Shown: positions 23,001 through 36,264 of the stretch, piece by piece | How the letters are laid out: each line of letters starts with the position of its first letter | Numbering within the stretch: the stretch's first letter is position 1 | DNA from: Halocafeteria seosinensis | Lineage: Eukaryota | Length of the DNA stretch: 56,596 bases | Reading direction: 5' to 3' | NCBI GenBank assembly: GCA_001687465.1 | Contig: LVLI01000382.1 | Coordinates: 1 to 56,596, forward strand | Made by a program: the position numbers and the translations under genes | Notes under the pieces: model-generated | Databases searched by the model: none | What the model saw: only the letters and a program-made list of their open reading frames with translations | What the model was told of the DNA's origin: nothing

Positions 23001-23684
23001 TTATGGTAAGTGCACAGACTACCCGCCAATGTGTCTGAATGCGTATTTAGGTTCGGATTGCAGATGGACGAACTCCTCTCCACCTTGCGGCGTGTAACAA
23101 CCATTTGAATATTGTGCAATATCTAGCGACGTTACCAGGAGTTAGTTGTTCCGCACTGGACCGGTACGTTTCCCACTTTCGAATGAGTTGAGGCTTTGTC
23201 AAACCATTCAGAGACCTTTCATTCGCATGTCAGGTATAAGCGATCTCCATACATGGAGGCAGTGCGAAACGGTGCTTCTGATGTGGCTCGTTGGCTCCAC
23301 GAAGTTCATCCATCTGCAAGTGCCGACCAGAGTATTGGGCACTTACTCTGTGCTGCCAGCGCCAAGGGAGATCTTCAGACGTTACAGAAATACCACCAGT
23401 GTGGAGTGCGTTTGGGATCGACGTGCGATTATGACAAACGAACAGCATTACATTTGGCAGCCTCTCAAGGGCATTTTCATGTTGTTGACTGGCTAGTGAA
23501 TGTCATTAGGGTCGACATAAACGTGAAAGACAGGTGGGGTGAAACACCACTTGACAACGCCAAAAACAAGCACCGGAGAGGGATATCTGAGATGTTGCTG
23601 AAGAAAATAAGAGGAAGATCACCCAATGAAGCACGCCACTTCCAGCTCGAGCCAGGAACCAAAGATTCCGTGGAGGAAGTTTGA
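20001..23684 (+). CDS. Ammonium transporter (Amt/Mep) fused to a C-terminal ankyrin-repeat region, many exons
   Basis: ATG at 20001. Amt motifs: [105 protein letters not shown]. Ankyrin repeats: [67 protein letters not shown]. Confidence 0.93.
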
Positions 23685-23698
23685 TAGTGCACAGGGAT

Positions 23699-26104
23699 TC
23701 AGCTAGAGGTCAGCTTGTTAACAAGTCCCGTTGGGATACCCTCAAGAGCCAGATCAGTGGTACTATCTCCGACCGTTTCCAACCAATTTGCCGGCATCCT
23801 ACGCTGCAATCCTTCTACCGGCATCATCTCGAAAGAAATTTTCCGCCGGCTGATGTTAGTGTCATCTTCGTCATTGGATGGAGCTGCATAATCATCGTTG
23901 CGGTTCACCCACCAGCCTTTACAACGCTGAAGATACTCAGCTGATGCGTGAAAACAGCTGATAAGAGTTTGTCGCTCCCGAGAACTCTCAGTTGTATCAA
24001 ATCTTCGCAATGATGTCTCTATAAGTGCGAAAAGAACATTTGTGTGCCGCTTTGCCTTCTCTGTTTCAAGTCGATTGCCGCATGTCCGAAGACAAATGGT
24101 TTGAATAATCGCTAGTTGCAGTACATCTTGAAAGCCTAGGAGCTCAAGGGATGCCGCCGGGATCCTCCAAATCCCACGGTCTTCCGCCTTTTCCCCCAAA
24201 CGGAGAGGAGCAGCGCGGTGGGGGCGATAATTCGAGGCGAAGATCTCAATTATGTGGTCCAGTGCATCATATGCATCAGCTACTACCAAAGGATATGATA
24301 GACGTACTAAATCAATGGGATGTGTGGGGCGCGTGGTGAATCCATAAAGGTCGACCGCTCTAGACGTGATGCATATCCTGAGAGTTTGCCCAAACGCGTC
24401 TCTAATTTCTTCAGGTAAACTATCAAGTATCAAGAATTCACTTAGTTTACGGATGTTGTGCACCGGCATATCTACCATGTGAGGAGTCCTCTTTCTGATA
24501 ATTTCATATACGAGAACTCTAATGTCTTCACGTCCTTCCGCTAATGTTTGTGATAACTCACTGATGTCCATCAAACATTCTTTACTCGCAAACCCCGCGA
24601 GAGTGTCGCTTCCAAGGTGCGACAAGAGCACTCTAGATCCCAGGTGCTGGAGGCTTTCACGAGTAGAGCGGGACAAGACAGGCAGTACTTTAAGCGTCCT
24701 ATGCAAGTGCTTGAATAGCTCTAATGCGGTTCTTACACTGTTAGAAATTACCTCCAGATCCACGTGTGAAACATCACCAACAATCCGATCTGACAGTTTT
24801 CTAATAACCTCCTCTCTCTCTTGGGATATCCCAAATACACTGATCGACCAACACAGCCTCAGTTTATCAACGGAGGGCAACTTTTCCAAGTCGCTTCTAC
24901 CCTCTAAAAGAATATGCTGCAGCAGATGATTCCCGAGCGATGATGCAGCTACAGAGTTTTGAATATCTAGACGACATGCTAGAGCACTGAGAACGTGAGA
25001 CTGCGATGAAGCATCCCAGAGTGGGACGACGTTATAGCAAAAATTGATTAGTTCGGGAGAAGAGCAATCACTTTGTAAGAGCTCTTCTACCACTCGCTGT
25101 TGAGTTTCCTTGGTAGCTTCTGCTAGTCTAGATGATTTCCGTCCGCTCTCTGGACTCGGTTGGAAACATTGAAAGGATAAATGATCCCAAGTAAACTGAA
25201 GTAGCATCGATTGCCTCCGGAGAGCCCCATCGTGGGTTTTTTTAGCCCGATAGAGTTGTTCCGCTATAGTAGTATCCGTTGAGCGTCTTTCAGGATCCCA
25301 CTGGCGACCGAAGAGAGGCATCGTGTTCCTGCTTAAGAACTGGGCTGTTCGAATTGCCCATATCAATGCTGGCATTGCTTGCATCACAAACTTGTGCTTT
25401 TGTGACTTATGCAAGCGTGTCACAGCGCACCCCGCTTTGGAAGCAAGTTGCAAAGCATGATATCGAAGCCAAGTTACTTCAGTGGCTGAGAGAGACGTCA
25501 CGGGTGCCACATAGGTTCTATATTCAACTGAGCAAACAAGTTGTTGGGAGGACCTGTCCTGCCGCTGAAGCTTGGGCAACGTGCAGTGGGGCCAAAACCC
25601 ATAAGCTTCAGTGCAATACTCAGCCACTCTCGCTGCTTGGTGCGCACAGGCGACGACTTCAGCCGGGGTCCATTCCTGTCCCAAACTACGCTTTGCCAGA
25701 GATTGTGTGACTTCCTTGAACATGTCACAGAGCTCTTCCAAGGTAGTACTGTCTATGTAGAGCAGCTGCTCCAGTTTGGCTCCATTCAAAGCATCGAACA
25801 AAGTGGCTGCATATAATTTGGGGTCTCGACGTCCCGAATGCTCCTTGTATAGCTCAATACAGCGAGTTATGTCCTCGAATGGGGAAGTAGAGTTCTCCTC
25901 TCGGGAGCTTACAGAAGTGCCATACTCCTCTAGTTGACAACGACGGACAGACCATGCACGATAGAGGGGACATATGTGTTGAAACGAAGCAATAGTAGAG
26001 TTGACACTACCTCGGGATGTAGTGAATAGAGACAGTGGCCTCGCTAAGAGTCCTCGATGGACCCTAGGACACAGAGTCTGCATGAGCAGCAACCGTACAT
26101 GCAT
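23699..26104 (-). CDS. Uncharacterised 801-aa Leu-rich helical protein with a possible organellar targeting peptide
   Basis: Long uninterrupted ORF. The N-terminus is Arg/Ser-rich and lacks acidic residues. No family motif recognised. Confidence 0.75.
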   Translation of the reverse strand: MHVRLLLMQTLCPRVHRGLLARPLSLFTTSRGSVNSTIASFQHICPLYRAWSVRRCQLEEYGTSVSSREENSTSPFEDITRCIELYKEHSGRRDPKLYAATLFDALNGAKLEQLLYIDSTTLEELCDMFKEVTQSLAKRSLGQEWTPAEVVACAHQAARVAEYCTEAYGFWPHCTLPKLQRQDRSSQQLVCSVEYRTYVAPVTSLSATEVTWLRYHALQLASKAGCAVTRLHKSQKHKFVMQAMPALIWAIRTAQFLSRNTMPLFGRQWDPERRSTDTTIAEQLYRAKKTHDGALRRQSMLLQFTWDHLSFQCFQPSPESGRKSSRLAEATKETQQRVVEELLQSDCSSPELINFCYNVVPLWDASSQSHVLSALACRLDIQNSVAASSLGNHLLQHILLEGRSDLEKLPSVDKLRLCWSISVFGISQEREEVIRKLSDRIVGDVSHVDLEVISNSVRTALELFKHLHRTLKVLPVLSRSTRESLQHLGSRVLLSHLGSDTLAGFASKECLMDISELSQTLAEGREDIRVLVYEIIRKRTPHMVDMPVHNIRKLSEFLILDSLPEEIRDAFGQTLRICITSRAVDLYGFTTRPTHPIDLVRLSYPLVVADAYDALDHIIEIFASNYRPHRAAPLRLGEKAEDRGIWRIPAASLELLGFQDVLQLAIIQTICLRTCGNRLETEKAKRHTNVLFALIETSLRRFDTTESSRERQTLISCFHASAEYLQRCKGWWVNRNDDYAAPSNDEDDTNISRRKISFEMMPVEGLQRRMPANWLETVGDSTTDLALEGIPTGLVNKLTSS

Positions 26105-26367
26105 GTGTGCGTACAGCCACTACAGCATAGTACGAGCCCTCCACATTCCCTACCAATGAGTGGAAACAGCAACACATGCCATCATTAAGCGCACCAGTAC
26201 CGGGGACAATCATCGTGGCGCTTGTGAAGGTCAAAATTGTGAAGATGACCTCTGGAGGTTACAGTTAGACACGTAGAACTGTATATTGGTGAAAACCACA
26301 TCAATCGTGCTTGAACTAGAGCGCAAGAATGCAGTGTACTCGACAGATGCATTGCCGTTCGGTATGC

Positions 26368-29317
26368 TCATGCAATGTAGCTGCGGTGACAAAGCCATAT
26401 CACGTTGGAACGACTGGCCATACACTGGTGTCCAGACTTACTGGTACGTTCGATGATCGTCAGTGTCACGTTCCATGTAGTCGTTATTAATGCAATACTC
26501 GATTCTACGCCGAACCAATTTCGTTTCCGGATTGAAGAACAGTAGTTGCCTTGAAACCTCAGCAATGAGCTCTTCATGGCCCATTGTCTGACGCGTCTTC
26601 ATGATCCTCACCTGCAACGGCATGCCGCAAGCGTATATACGCTGGTTAACCATACTAGAACGTAAACACTTACAATTGTCGCATCAATTGCAGCCCGTCT
26701 ATAATTCTCAAGTTTTTGAGGATCATGGGCTTCTTCAAGGGATACCATTGGGATTTGGAACCTCCGAAGCTTCGAGCTGAAATGGTTATTCAATTTGAAC
26801 TTATCCTTGGGTTTTATCTTCGGTTCAGGCGGACTCTTTTCAACAATTTTAAAATGTTTGTTACAACTAAGGCTATGCAGCACGCGTTTGGCAACTTCTT
26901 CGCCTGCATCTTCCAGTGTCGTTATTTGAGTACGCCTGACCAATTCCTTGAGGTCGAGACTCTGCTCCCCCAATTCATCGAGCAACAACAAGAAAACAGC
27001 CTGGAGCGTCTTGACCGTTAACTCATACGATCTCGTCTCTTGAGACTTTTTCCCAATGAATCTTCCTTTCAGAAGTGCTATTCCCTCAGTGTGTTGCCAT
27101 GTCAAACGTCTGTATAATCGCCGTTCTTGAACTTAAGAGGTGGAAATCAATTATTTCCTGCATCTTACCTATTCTGGGCTGTGCTAAAATAGAACTGCTC
27201 GAATGCACGCTCACACGTTTCGAAAAGATCGGGAAGCCGCACTTGGACTTGAACAAAATTTGGCCACCATCCGTGGGTTAGAACACGCACATTGAAGTCA
27301 AACCTCCCAACATTGCCAAACGCTCCGTTTTCTCCCTTCTCGACTTCCCTATCCCTCCACTCCGCAAAACGGGACATTTGCTCGGCACTACCTGCAATCC
27401 TCGATGATAGTTAAAACAGATGTCCAGCGGAAAACATCGCATGCCCACTTACCTTCCTCTTCACGGATCATGCCTTCGATTTTCCCCGTGAATTGAGCGC
27501 CGTGGCGCAATTTTAACTTTGAAACTACGGATTTCTCTGCGTCCCGACTGGCCGTTCGACCGGATAGTAATCGCTTTGCCAACAAATTGCGATAGATGTC
27601 AATGAAAAGATCCTTTTCGTAGACAAAATCTAGCATTTCGACAATTCGGTCAATTTCTGCTTCCAGCTCAATCTCGTTTAACTTCAAGCTACCTTTCAAT
27701 ACTTGGTCACTATAGGCCGCCAGCAATTCGATATTACTGTGTTTGAACTTAGCTTGTTTGTTAACAAGGACTTGAAATGCTTGTGTTAGTGCCTTCTGCA
27801 GCAATCTGTGATCTCCGAACTCATTGCGAACCTTATTCCTCCATTCTTCCAAAAGACTCAGCAACTGTTTTACGTAGTCTTCATCCACTCTAGTATCTTT
27901 CGAAGGATTTTCTTTCACTTTCTGCTCCCTTTGTTCAATAATGCGAGATCCAGTATCCTGAAAACCAGGAACTCACCCGTAAGTGAAGCGCGCTTATCAC
28001 AATGCCAACCGCGCACATACAATAATGAATCCGTTTACAACTTTGCTAATATCTTCGAGACCCTCGTTAACTCCATGAAATAGACGGAACAAACGCGATA
28101 GATCCTCTCTCTTATCGTTCTGCGGAATGGCGATCAAACTGTTGAGGGAATTGCAAACTAAATCGATCCGCATACAACGCAAGACCCACTTCCAACATGA
28201 ATCTTAAGCCTGTAGGCTTATAGAGGATTTCATTCTTCTTTTCCTCGACAAAAACTTGTTCCAAAGTTCTCCGCACGGGTTGCTGACTCCGCTTCTCTAG
28301 GCACTCATTGCATCGCTCCAGCTCGTCTTCGAAGAAGTACTGTGATTTCCGTAGATACTCCGAAACGCTTTTCTCATCAACCCAGCTAGTGGCTAATGAG
28401 CGAGCATACGTCCGAAGATAATCTATTAAAGCTGCTTCCAAATCGGCATAAACGTTCGATTCTTTGATAGCGGTGTCCATCGTGATGAACAAATCACTAC
28501 ATCTGTACCATACCATCCAATGATTTTCCATTACCGTACACTTAGGCACCCATATATGCCATCTTAGCCATTGCTTACCCTCTCAACATATTGCGGTCAA
28601 TGTTGGTACCTTCCCTATCCTTCATCAGTTGCTTATGGAACACTGCCGCAACGGGATACTTAACTATCGAGAAGATTTTCTCGTTAAACAAGGAGTGAGC
28701 TGAATGCATTCAAGCGACATGCACGCTTTGACGGGAGAAACATCCGTAACTAGCCTATATCGCTAACCTGTTTCTTCCAGATTTTTTCCTGCTTCCTCCT
28801 TGTCCGTATGGTTGTTGGGGTTTTCATCAAGCTTCAGAAAGAATCGTTTCAGCCAATGTTTCACTAAACAGTGTCGTTTCCATACGGTCTCTACCGCGAT
28901 AATAAGGTCGACATCCTCCATACCTTCGACTCTAGGTTTCAGGTAATTATCCATGTAATATTCCACAACCTGCAGAGGAATCAACCATGACTAATGACAT
29001 CTGAGTCTTTTCAACCGGAGATGTATATGTGCGCTTACGTTCCGATGTTTCTCTAAAAACTTCGCTTTCAAGGAAGCCCCTCGACTAAAAAGTCTGCAAA
29101 CATTCATAGTCCGTACGGGCACTCAAGTTCCTAAATCCGTGAAAACTCACGTCATCAGCTTTAGTTTCTCCTGCATAGTAAAGTGTCCATATTTCTCAGT
29201 GTCAAAATCACTCTCAATCAAGTTTATCAGCTTATCCACGCATTCGTTAATGTATGCGAAGGCCTTCTCCGGCACCAGCTGGCCCCTACCATCCAAGAGG
29301 TCGGCTATGGTACTCAT
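26368..29317 (-). CDS. Cullin (cullin-1-derived paralog A, divergent N-terminus), multi-exon
   Basis: ATG at 29317 (MSTIADLL). Motifs EKDLFIDIYRNLLAKRLL, KLKLRHGAQFTGKIEGM, VRVLTHGWWP, neddylation motif IDATI/VRIMKTRQ. A terminal mini-exon YIA* ends at 26368. Confidence 0.92.
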
Positions 29318-29689
29318 AGTGTTGGGAATGGGGCTACACTGGGGATAATGGGAATGAGAGAGCAGGACGAAATGAAGTTTCTTTGATACCTTTTTGCTAA
29401 CAACCGGAGCTATACATACTCATCAACGCTTACTGACAATACTGCAATAATCAATCTCTCATCTTTCGAGAGAATAGCAGTCTCTGTAGACAACACAACA
29501 CGGCCTTCACAACGACTTCACAACATGGATACTACCCCATGGATAACGCGTTGAACACGGGTGTACTCAGATAAATGTAGACAAAGAACCGTCCTAGGAT
29601 TGGAGAAGGGTGAACACGCTACTAAGCAACATACACTGCGATGTATCTGCACTCTTTTGACCGTATCTATACACCTAGCTGGGCTCGGC

Positions 29690-32595
29690 CTACGCCACGT
29701 AACTGTGAAAATCAGATACAAGAGTTCGACCCAAATTAATAAACGGAATAGCGTTTATGGATAAGAACTCACTTGTAGGTGCTATCATCTTCCGTATTCC
29801 GTTCCATGTAGTCGTTGTTAATGCAATACTCAATTCTTCGTCGAATCACCTTCATGTCTGGACTGAAGAATTGCAATTGATTTAACACTTCTCCAATAAG
29901 ATCCTGATGTTTCATCGTCTGACGAGTCTTCATAATGCGGACCTGTAAAGATGACAATAGATGCCATATACACACAGCACCAAACTAGCCTTCCCCATGA
30001 TTGACTTACAATCGCCGCATCGATCGCAGCTCGGCGGTCGAGTTCAATCTTTCGGGGATCATGCGCCTCTTCAAGAGACGCCATTGGGATCTGGAACTTG
30101 CGAAGGCTCGAAGCAAACTTAAGATTCAATTTGAATTTATCATCGGCCTTTATCTTTGGGCCAGAAGGGTTCTTCTCTAACACTTTGAATTTCTTGTTGC
30201 AACTGAGACTGTGCAGCACACGCTTTGCAACATCGTCAGTAGTCTGAGTCTGCTTACGCACTTCAGTGAAGTCCACACTTTTGTCTCCTACTTCATCAAA
30301 ATATAGCAGAAATACTGCCTGAAGGGTTTTCACAGTAATCTCGTATGACTTGGTGGTCTGCTTCGCTTTGTCCGGAAACTTCCCCTTGAGAACCGCTGTC
30401 CCTTCGCTATTCTGCCAATTCAGGCGCCTGCATACCATGCCAACTACAATTGACCAACATAGTAACACAGAAAACACGCGTCTTTAACTTACCGATTTAT
30501 GGAGATGTTGTAATAATATTGTTCATATGCTCTTTGGCATGTCTCAAACAGATCAGGGAGTTTTACGTCAACCTGAACAAAGTTTGGCCACCAGCCGTAC
30601 GTCAAGATCCGCACATTAAAATCAACATTAGGAATATTTCCAAAGGCACCATTGTGCCCCTTCTTCATTTCGGCATCTCTCCATTCCGCAAACGTTTCCA
30701 TTTGAGCACTCCCTGCAGCCGCTAATAGTCAACTCTCGTACATCTCTTGAACTACCTATACTCCAACTTACCCTGCTCCAAATCCCGGAGCATTCCTTCT
30801 AATTTTCCCGTGAATTGAGCACCATGGCGCAGTTTGAGCTTCGAAATCATCGATATTTCAGCGTCACGACTCGCGGTACGACCCGATATCAAGCGCTTTG
30901 CCAACAGGTTGCGATAGATATCCACAAAGACATCTTTTTCGATGACGAAGCTAAACAAAACGATCAATCGTTCAAGCTCATCTTCTCTTTCAGCTTCGGT
31001 TAACTTAATAGATCCTTTCAAAACTTGATCACTATATGTTGCCAACAACTCAATGTTGCTATGTTTGAAATTGCCATTTTTATTTACAATTACTTCAAAG
31101 GCTTCCTTCATCGCCTTTTGCAACAAAGCATGATCTCCAAACGCATTCTTCACTTTATCCTTCCACTCTTCCAATAAGCTTAGCAGTTGCTTAACATAAT
31201 CTTCATCAACATTCTTGTCTTTCGATGGATCTTCTTTAACTTTTTGTTCCCTCTGTTGAATGATATTCATCCCGGAATCCTGTAAGACAAAATGGTGGAG
31301 TCGAAAACTTGTGGGGGAGCTTTTATAGCAGGCACTACTCACAATAACAAAATCCTTTACAGCTTTGCTGATCTCCTCAAGTCCCTCTTGAACTCTTTGG
31401 AACAAGTAGTATAGTCTGGCTAAATCATCACGCTTATCATTCTGTACGAAACGGATCAAACAACTGTAGGTGAAAGAGTAGCATGTAGCTTGACAATAAA
31501 TAGCTTACTTCTAACATGAACCTTAAACCTGTCGACTTGTAAAGAATGGCATCTTTTTTTTCGGCAACAAGCGTCGATTCAAGAGTTTTCAGAATAGGTT
31601 TCTGAGAGCGTTCTTCCAAGCAGTCACTGCATCGCTGCAGTTCCTCTTGGAAACATTGTTCCGTTTTCACCAAGTAACTGGAGATGCTCTCTTCGTCAAT
31701 CCATGTGCTAGCCACACTGCGGGTATGACTTGCTAAATATTTGATCAAAGTTTGCTCAAGTTCGTCATACACCTTCGATTCTTTGATCGCTGTGTCCATC
31801 GCCACAAATAGGTCGCTACATCTGCAAATGAGTCGGCCCTTAGCTACACCGCAAAGAATAATGTAAACCCCCACTCTTACCCTTTCAATGCACTACGGTC
31901 AATGTTCGAACCTTGTCGGTCCTCCATGAGCTGTTCATGGAATGCTGCCGGTACCGTCGACTTAATTTCCTTGAAGATCTTATCGTGGAATGCCGAATGG
32001 CCTGGAGAGAGTCGTAATGAGTTACTCCCTAGAAATCAAGCTTCTGGAACAGGCAGTCCTCACCTGTTTCTAAAAGCGTGCTTCCTGCCGCATTATTTTG
32101 CTGAGATTTGTCTGCCATTGAGAAGAAACGCTTAAGCCAATCGTTCATAAGGCAGTGCCGCTTCCACACGGTTTTGACGGCCATGATCAGATAGGAGCCG
32201 TCCAGCTCAGCGAGTTCGGGCTTGAGATAGTTATCCATGTAAAACTCCAAGATCTGTTCATCCAAGCAAAAGACTATCACCAAAGGCTCTATCCCAACGA
32301 CTTCCGCTCTCTCATACCTCGCGGTGCTTGTCTCTCAATGGCAGGTCTTCCGCTTTGCTGACAACCCTGCAGAGTTCACCCAAGTTCGGTCAGCTTTTCA
32401 GAAACCAAGGCAGCGCTCAATCCAGTGCACTTACGTCATCATTTTCATTTTCTCGTGCATCGTGAAGTGACCGTACTTATTCGTATCGAAGTCACTCTCG
32501 AGAAGATTGATCAACTTCCTGACCAACTCGTCAATGTATCGAAAAACTTTGATCTGGGACAAGTTGCCCCGTCTATCCACGAAATCACGCAACAT
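29690..32595 (-). CDS. Cullin (cullin-1-derived paralog B, divergent N-terminus), multi-exon
   Basis: ATG at 32595 (MLRDFVDRRG). Motifs EKDVFVDIYRNLLAKRLI, GAQFTGKLEGMLRDL, ILTYGWWP, IDAAI/VRIMKTRQ. A terminal mini-exon YVA* ends at 29690. Intron positions match those of the neighbouring copies. Confidence 0.93.
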
Positions 32596-33012
32596 GGTCA
32601 CTTGGCGCAACTTTGCGTTTGTGTTAAACCCTGGAAAAGTCCTAAGCGGCTTGGAAACGACAGACTTCTGCCCTCACGAGGATACCGAAGTCAAAAAAGT
32701 GCTGCAAATTCCTGCTCACTCTGGATGCTCGGTCTCTATCGCTGTACGTTAAAACAACGTATTAAACTAGATCTAACTCACTACTGAGACTACTATGACC
32801 ATCTATACAATCGACAAGCAGTGAAATTGGGATCCCAACATCCCGAGTCACTTGCTAACTTCCTTCCTCGTATGAAGTTAAACACCGATTGCTTCACAAA
32901 ACGTCTGTGAAGTTGCTGAAGCAGATTGTACAAGAACGGATGGTTGCCAATATAGTGAAGCGTAGGCGGTGTATATTTGTCTTGTTTGTCCCTTTGGATA
33001 AAGAAGTCTTAT

Positions 33013-35991
33013 CTAAGCGACATAGCTGCAAAGCAAATACATGAGGTGAGCATACCGAATGATACGATTCAACATGAATGTCACTACGTACTTGTAAACG
33101 TTTACATCATCAGGGTCTCTCTCCATGTAATCGTTGCTGATACAATATTCGATTCTTCGCTTTATCACTTTGGAATCCGGATTAAAGAATTGCAACTGGC
33201 GGAGCACTTCTCCCACCAATTCGTGGTGTTTCACTCGTTGTCTGGTTTTCATTATTCGAACCTGCAAGGTACCACCATACAAACATTCATGGGCATCTTG
33301 CTAAAAGCTTGGTGCTAGTTCGCTTACGATCGCTGCATCGACTGCTGTGCGCCTATCGTCCTCAACTTTCTTGGGGTTATGAGGTTCCTCCAGGGCAGCC
33401 ATCGGGATGCGGAACCGTCGCAGGTTCGCCGAGAACTGTTCGTTTAACTTAAAAGAATCTGAGGTGGATATTGTTCTGCCTTCTGGCTTCTTCTCAATAA
33501 TCTTAAATTTCTTTCCGCAACTTAAACTATGAAGCACCCTCTTCCCCACATCCTCTTCCATTTCGGTCTGTCTGCACACCTCTTCAAAGCTCAACTCCTC
33601 AGATTCATGGTCTGCGAAAAACAGTAGAATAGCTGCTTGAATAGTCGTGACCGTAATCTCATAGGCCTGGCCGAATTTCGCTTTCAGCACCGCTGTGCCC
33701 TCGCTATTCTGCCATGTAAGCTTCCTGTGCACCATCCAAATGAATGACAAATGATAGAGCAACTAACAAACAATCGCTGGATAGTGACTAACCTATTTTG
33801 GGAATTCTGATAATAGAATTGTTCATATGCCTTTTGGCATCTTTCAAAGATCTCCGGAAGTTTAACAGTCACGTTAGTAAAACTAGGCCACCAGCCGGTT
33901 GTCAGCACGCGCACATTGAATTCAAATCGAGGCATATCTCCGAACACACCGTTTCTACCTAGTTCAAACTGCCGATCTCGCCACTGAGCGAACTCATCCA
34001 TTTGTTGCACACCTGACGCAACCAAACGAAATCATTTGCGATTTACGGAAACAAATAGTAAGGACTACGAACACACCTTGCTCGAGATCTCGAAGCATTC
34101 CCTCATGCTTGCTTGTGAACTGAGCCCCACAACGCAATTTTAGCTTGGATATCATCGACTTCTCCGCATCCTTGCTGGCTGACCGGTTACCCAGCAACCG
34201 CTTGCCCAGTTGATTTCGGTAGATATCTGAAAACCGGTCTTTATCGATGATATAATTGAACAAATGGACAACTCTCTGTAATTCGTCCTCCATTTGTTGC
34301 TCGGTAAGATGGCCCGATCCTCGAAGTACTTGATCGCAATACGTGGCGATTAATTCTGTATTAGAATGTTTACACTTTACTTCTGTGTTGACAAACACTT
34401 CGAAGGCATCTTTCAGGGCTTTCTGGAACAGGTTATGTCCTTCAAATATTGTTGTCACTTTCCTCCGCCACTCATCCAGTAAATCCAGCAAGCGCTTAAC
34501 AAAGTCAACATCGACATTTGTATCTTTCTTCTTATCACTCAATGCAACTTGTTCCCGTTGCCGCACGATCTCCATCCCAAGTTCCTGTTTAGTTAACAGC
34601 GAAAGGTACGGCTATGGTGCAATAGTGGATTATTGCACACCCGTTTTCGACGCACCTGAATATGGTCCCGCACGTAACCCGCAATTGATTCCAACCCATC
34701 TTTTTTGACACGGCGGAAAAGCCTGAACATCCTACTTAAGTCTTGGCTCTTGTCATTCTGAAATGATCATGGCTCACAACATATACTTGGGCACAAGGGG
34801 CAAGTATTTTGCCAAAGACTCTGAAAGCCTTACCTCCAACATGAACTTGATACCGGTAGATTTCTCCAGTAGGGTCTCCTTTTTCTTCTGTAAGAATTCC
34901 TCTTCCAACATTCGCAGCAACTTCTCTTCTGTGCTTGGTTGGAAGTAATCCTCCCCTCGTCCCACTTCTGCCAAGAAAAATTCTTCTGTTTTTTCCATGT
35001 AACTTGGAGCACTCTCTTCGTTTATCCAACTGTTGGCGACAGATCGGGCATACTCTCCCAGTTCCCTCAAGACGCCTTTTTCAAGGTGCTCAACATATTC
35101 ATTGTTGTCAGATCTACTCATTTTCACGAACAGGTCGCTGCATCTGCAAATGGGAGAGAGCAGAAGATCTAGATAGACGGCATGCGGATCCGAGCGAGAC
35201 GAAACCAAGCCGCACTCACTTATTGAGGGCAGACCTATCGACGCCGACTCCTTTCCTGTCCTCCATAACTTGTTCATGGAATGCCTTAGCCAGCCTAATC
35301 TTGATGTTTTCGAAAACATGTCGACGAAATTGTTCATCTCCTGCAGACATTCAAAATAAAACCAGTTTCCAGACATCTCGTGAGCACTGTTCCTCTGCCT
35401 GTTGCCATACCTTGCTGTCGTAGAGCTTGAATGTTATTCTGCACACAGTGGTATCGTTCCACGTAGCTGAACAACTTGAACAGCCACTTGTTCATGATGC
35501 AATGGTAGTCCCATCGCTTGTTCGTTTCTTTGATCAGTTGTAATCCTTGTAGATCTTTGAGTGCCGGATAGGCAGTATTCTTAAGGTACTCTTGAAAAAT
35601 CTGTAGTGCATAGTATCAGCCTCACCACCGCCCGCTCCCTCTCTGAGAAACAATCATCAGTAACTTACGGCTCTATGTTTGTCGTACAGAGACGCCGTGT
35701 AGTTCTCGGGATAATTTTGGGCACACATCTTATACACGAGTCTGCATTGATCAGAAAAGGGCATACATCATGCTGTATGCACCTCCCGAGAGGGGAATCC
35801 ATCACGTACGTGTAGGTAACCATTTTGTCATGGATGGTGAACGACGGTTTAGAGGGGTCAAAATCGCTTTCCAACAGCTCTTTTAAGCGCTCCACCTGAC
35901 CGTCTATGTGCTTCATGGCCTTGTTATAGTTGATACTGCCATCTCGAGCATTGTACAAATGCTCAAGTTGAGGTGGGATACCCGTCGACAT
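33013..35991 (-). CDS. CUL1: Cullin-1 (most canonical copy, C), multi-exon
   Basis: ATG at 35991. MVTYT/LVYKMCAQNYPENYTASLYDKH resembles plant-type CUL1 helix 2. Further motifs KWLFKLFSYVERY, DKDRFSDIYRNQLGKRLL, CGAQFTSKHEGMLRDL, VLTTGWWPSF, VDAAI/VRIMKTRQ, YVA*. Confidence 0.9.
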
Positions 35992-36264
35992 ATTGCCCTC
36001 TATTTCGCTAGTACGTATACATACACACACAGACACCACCTAATACCCTCAACAGGATCCCATCAAACCAGTATGAAAGCAAAATGTGGTGTTTTAATGG
36101 ATGCAAACCGCCGGAAAAAACGATGGTTTGGAGTTCACAAACGGCGACGCTCAGTTCCCCTAGGGTTCCCCTTTGTAGCTAGCCGGCAACAACATGTGGC
36201 CACAACTTCAACTACGGCTCGAAATGATGCATGCATGTATTGATTTTTTCGCACTTTTCCGCTA

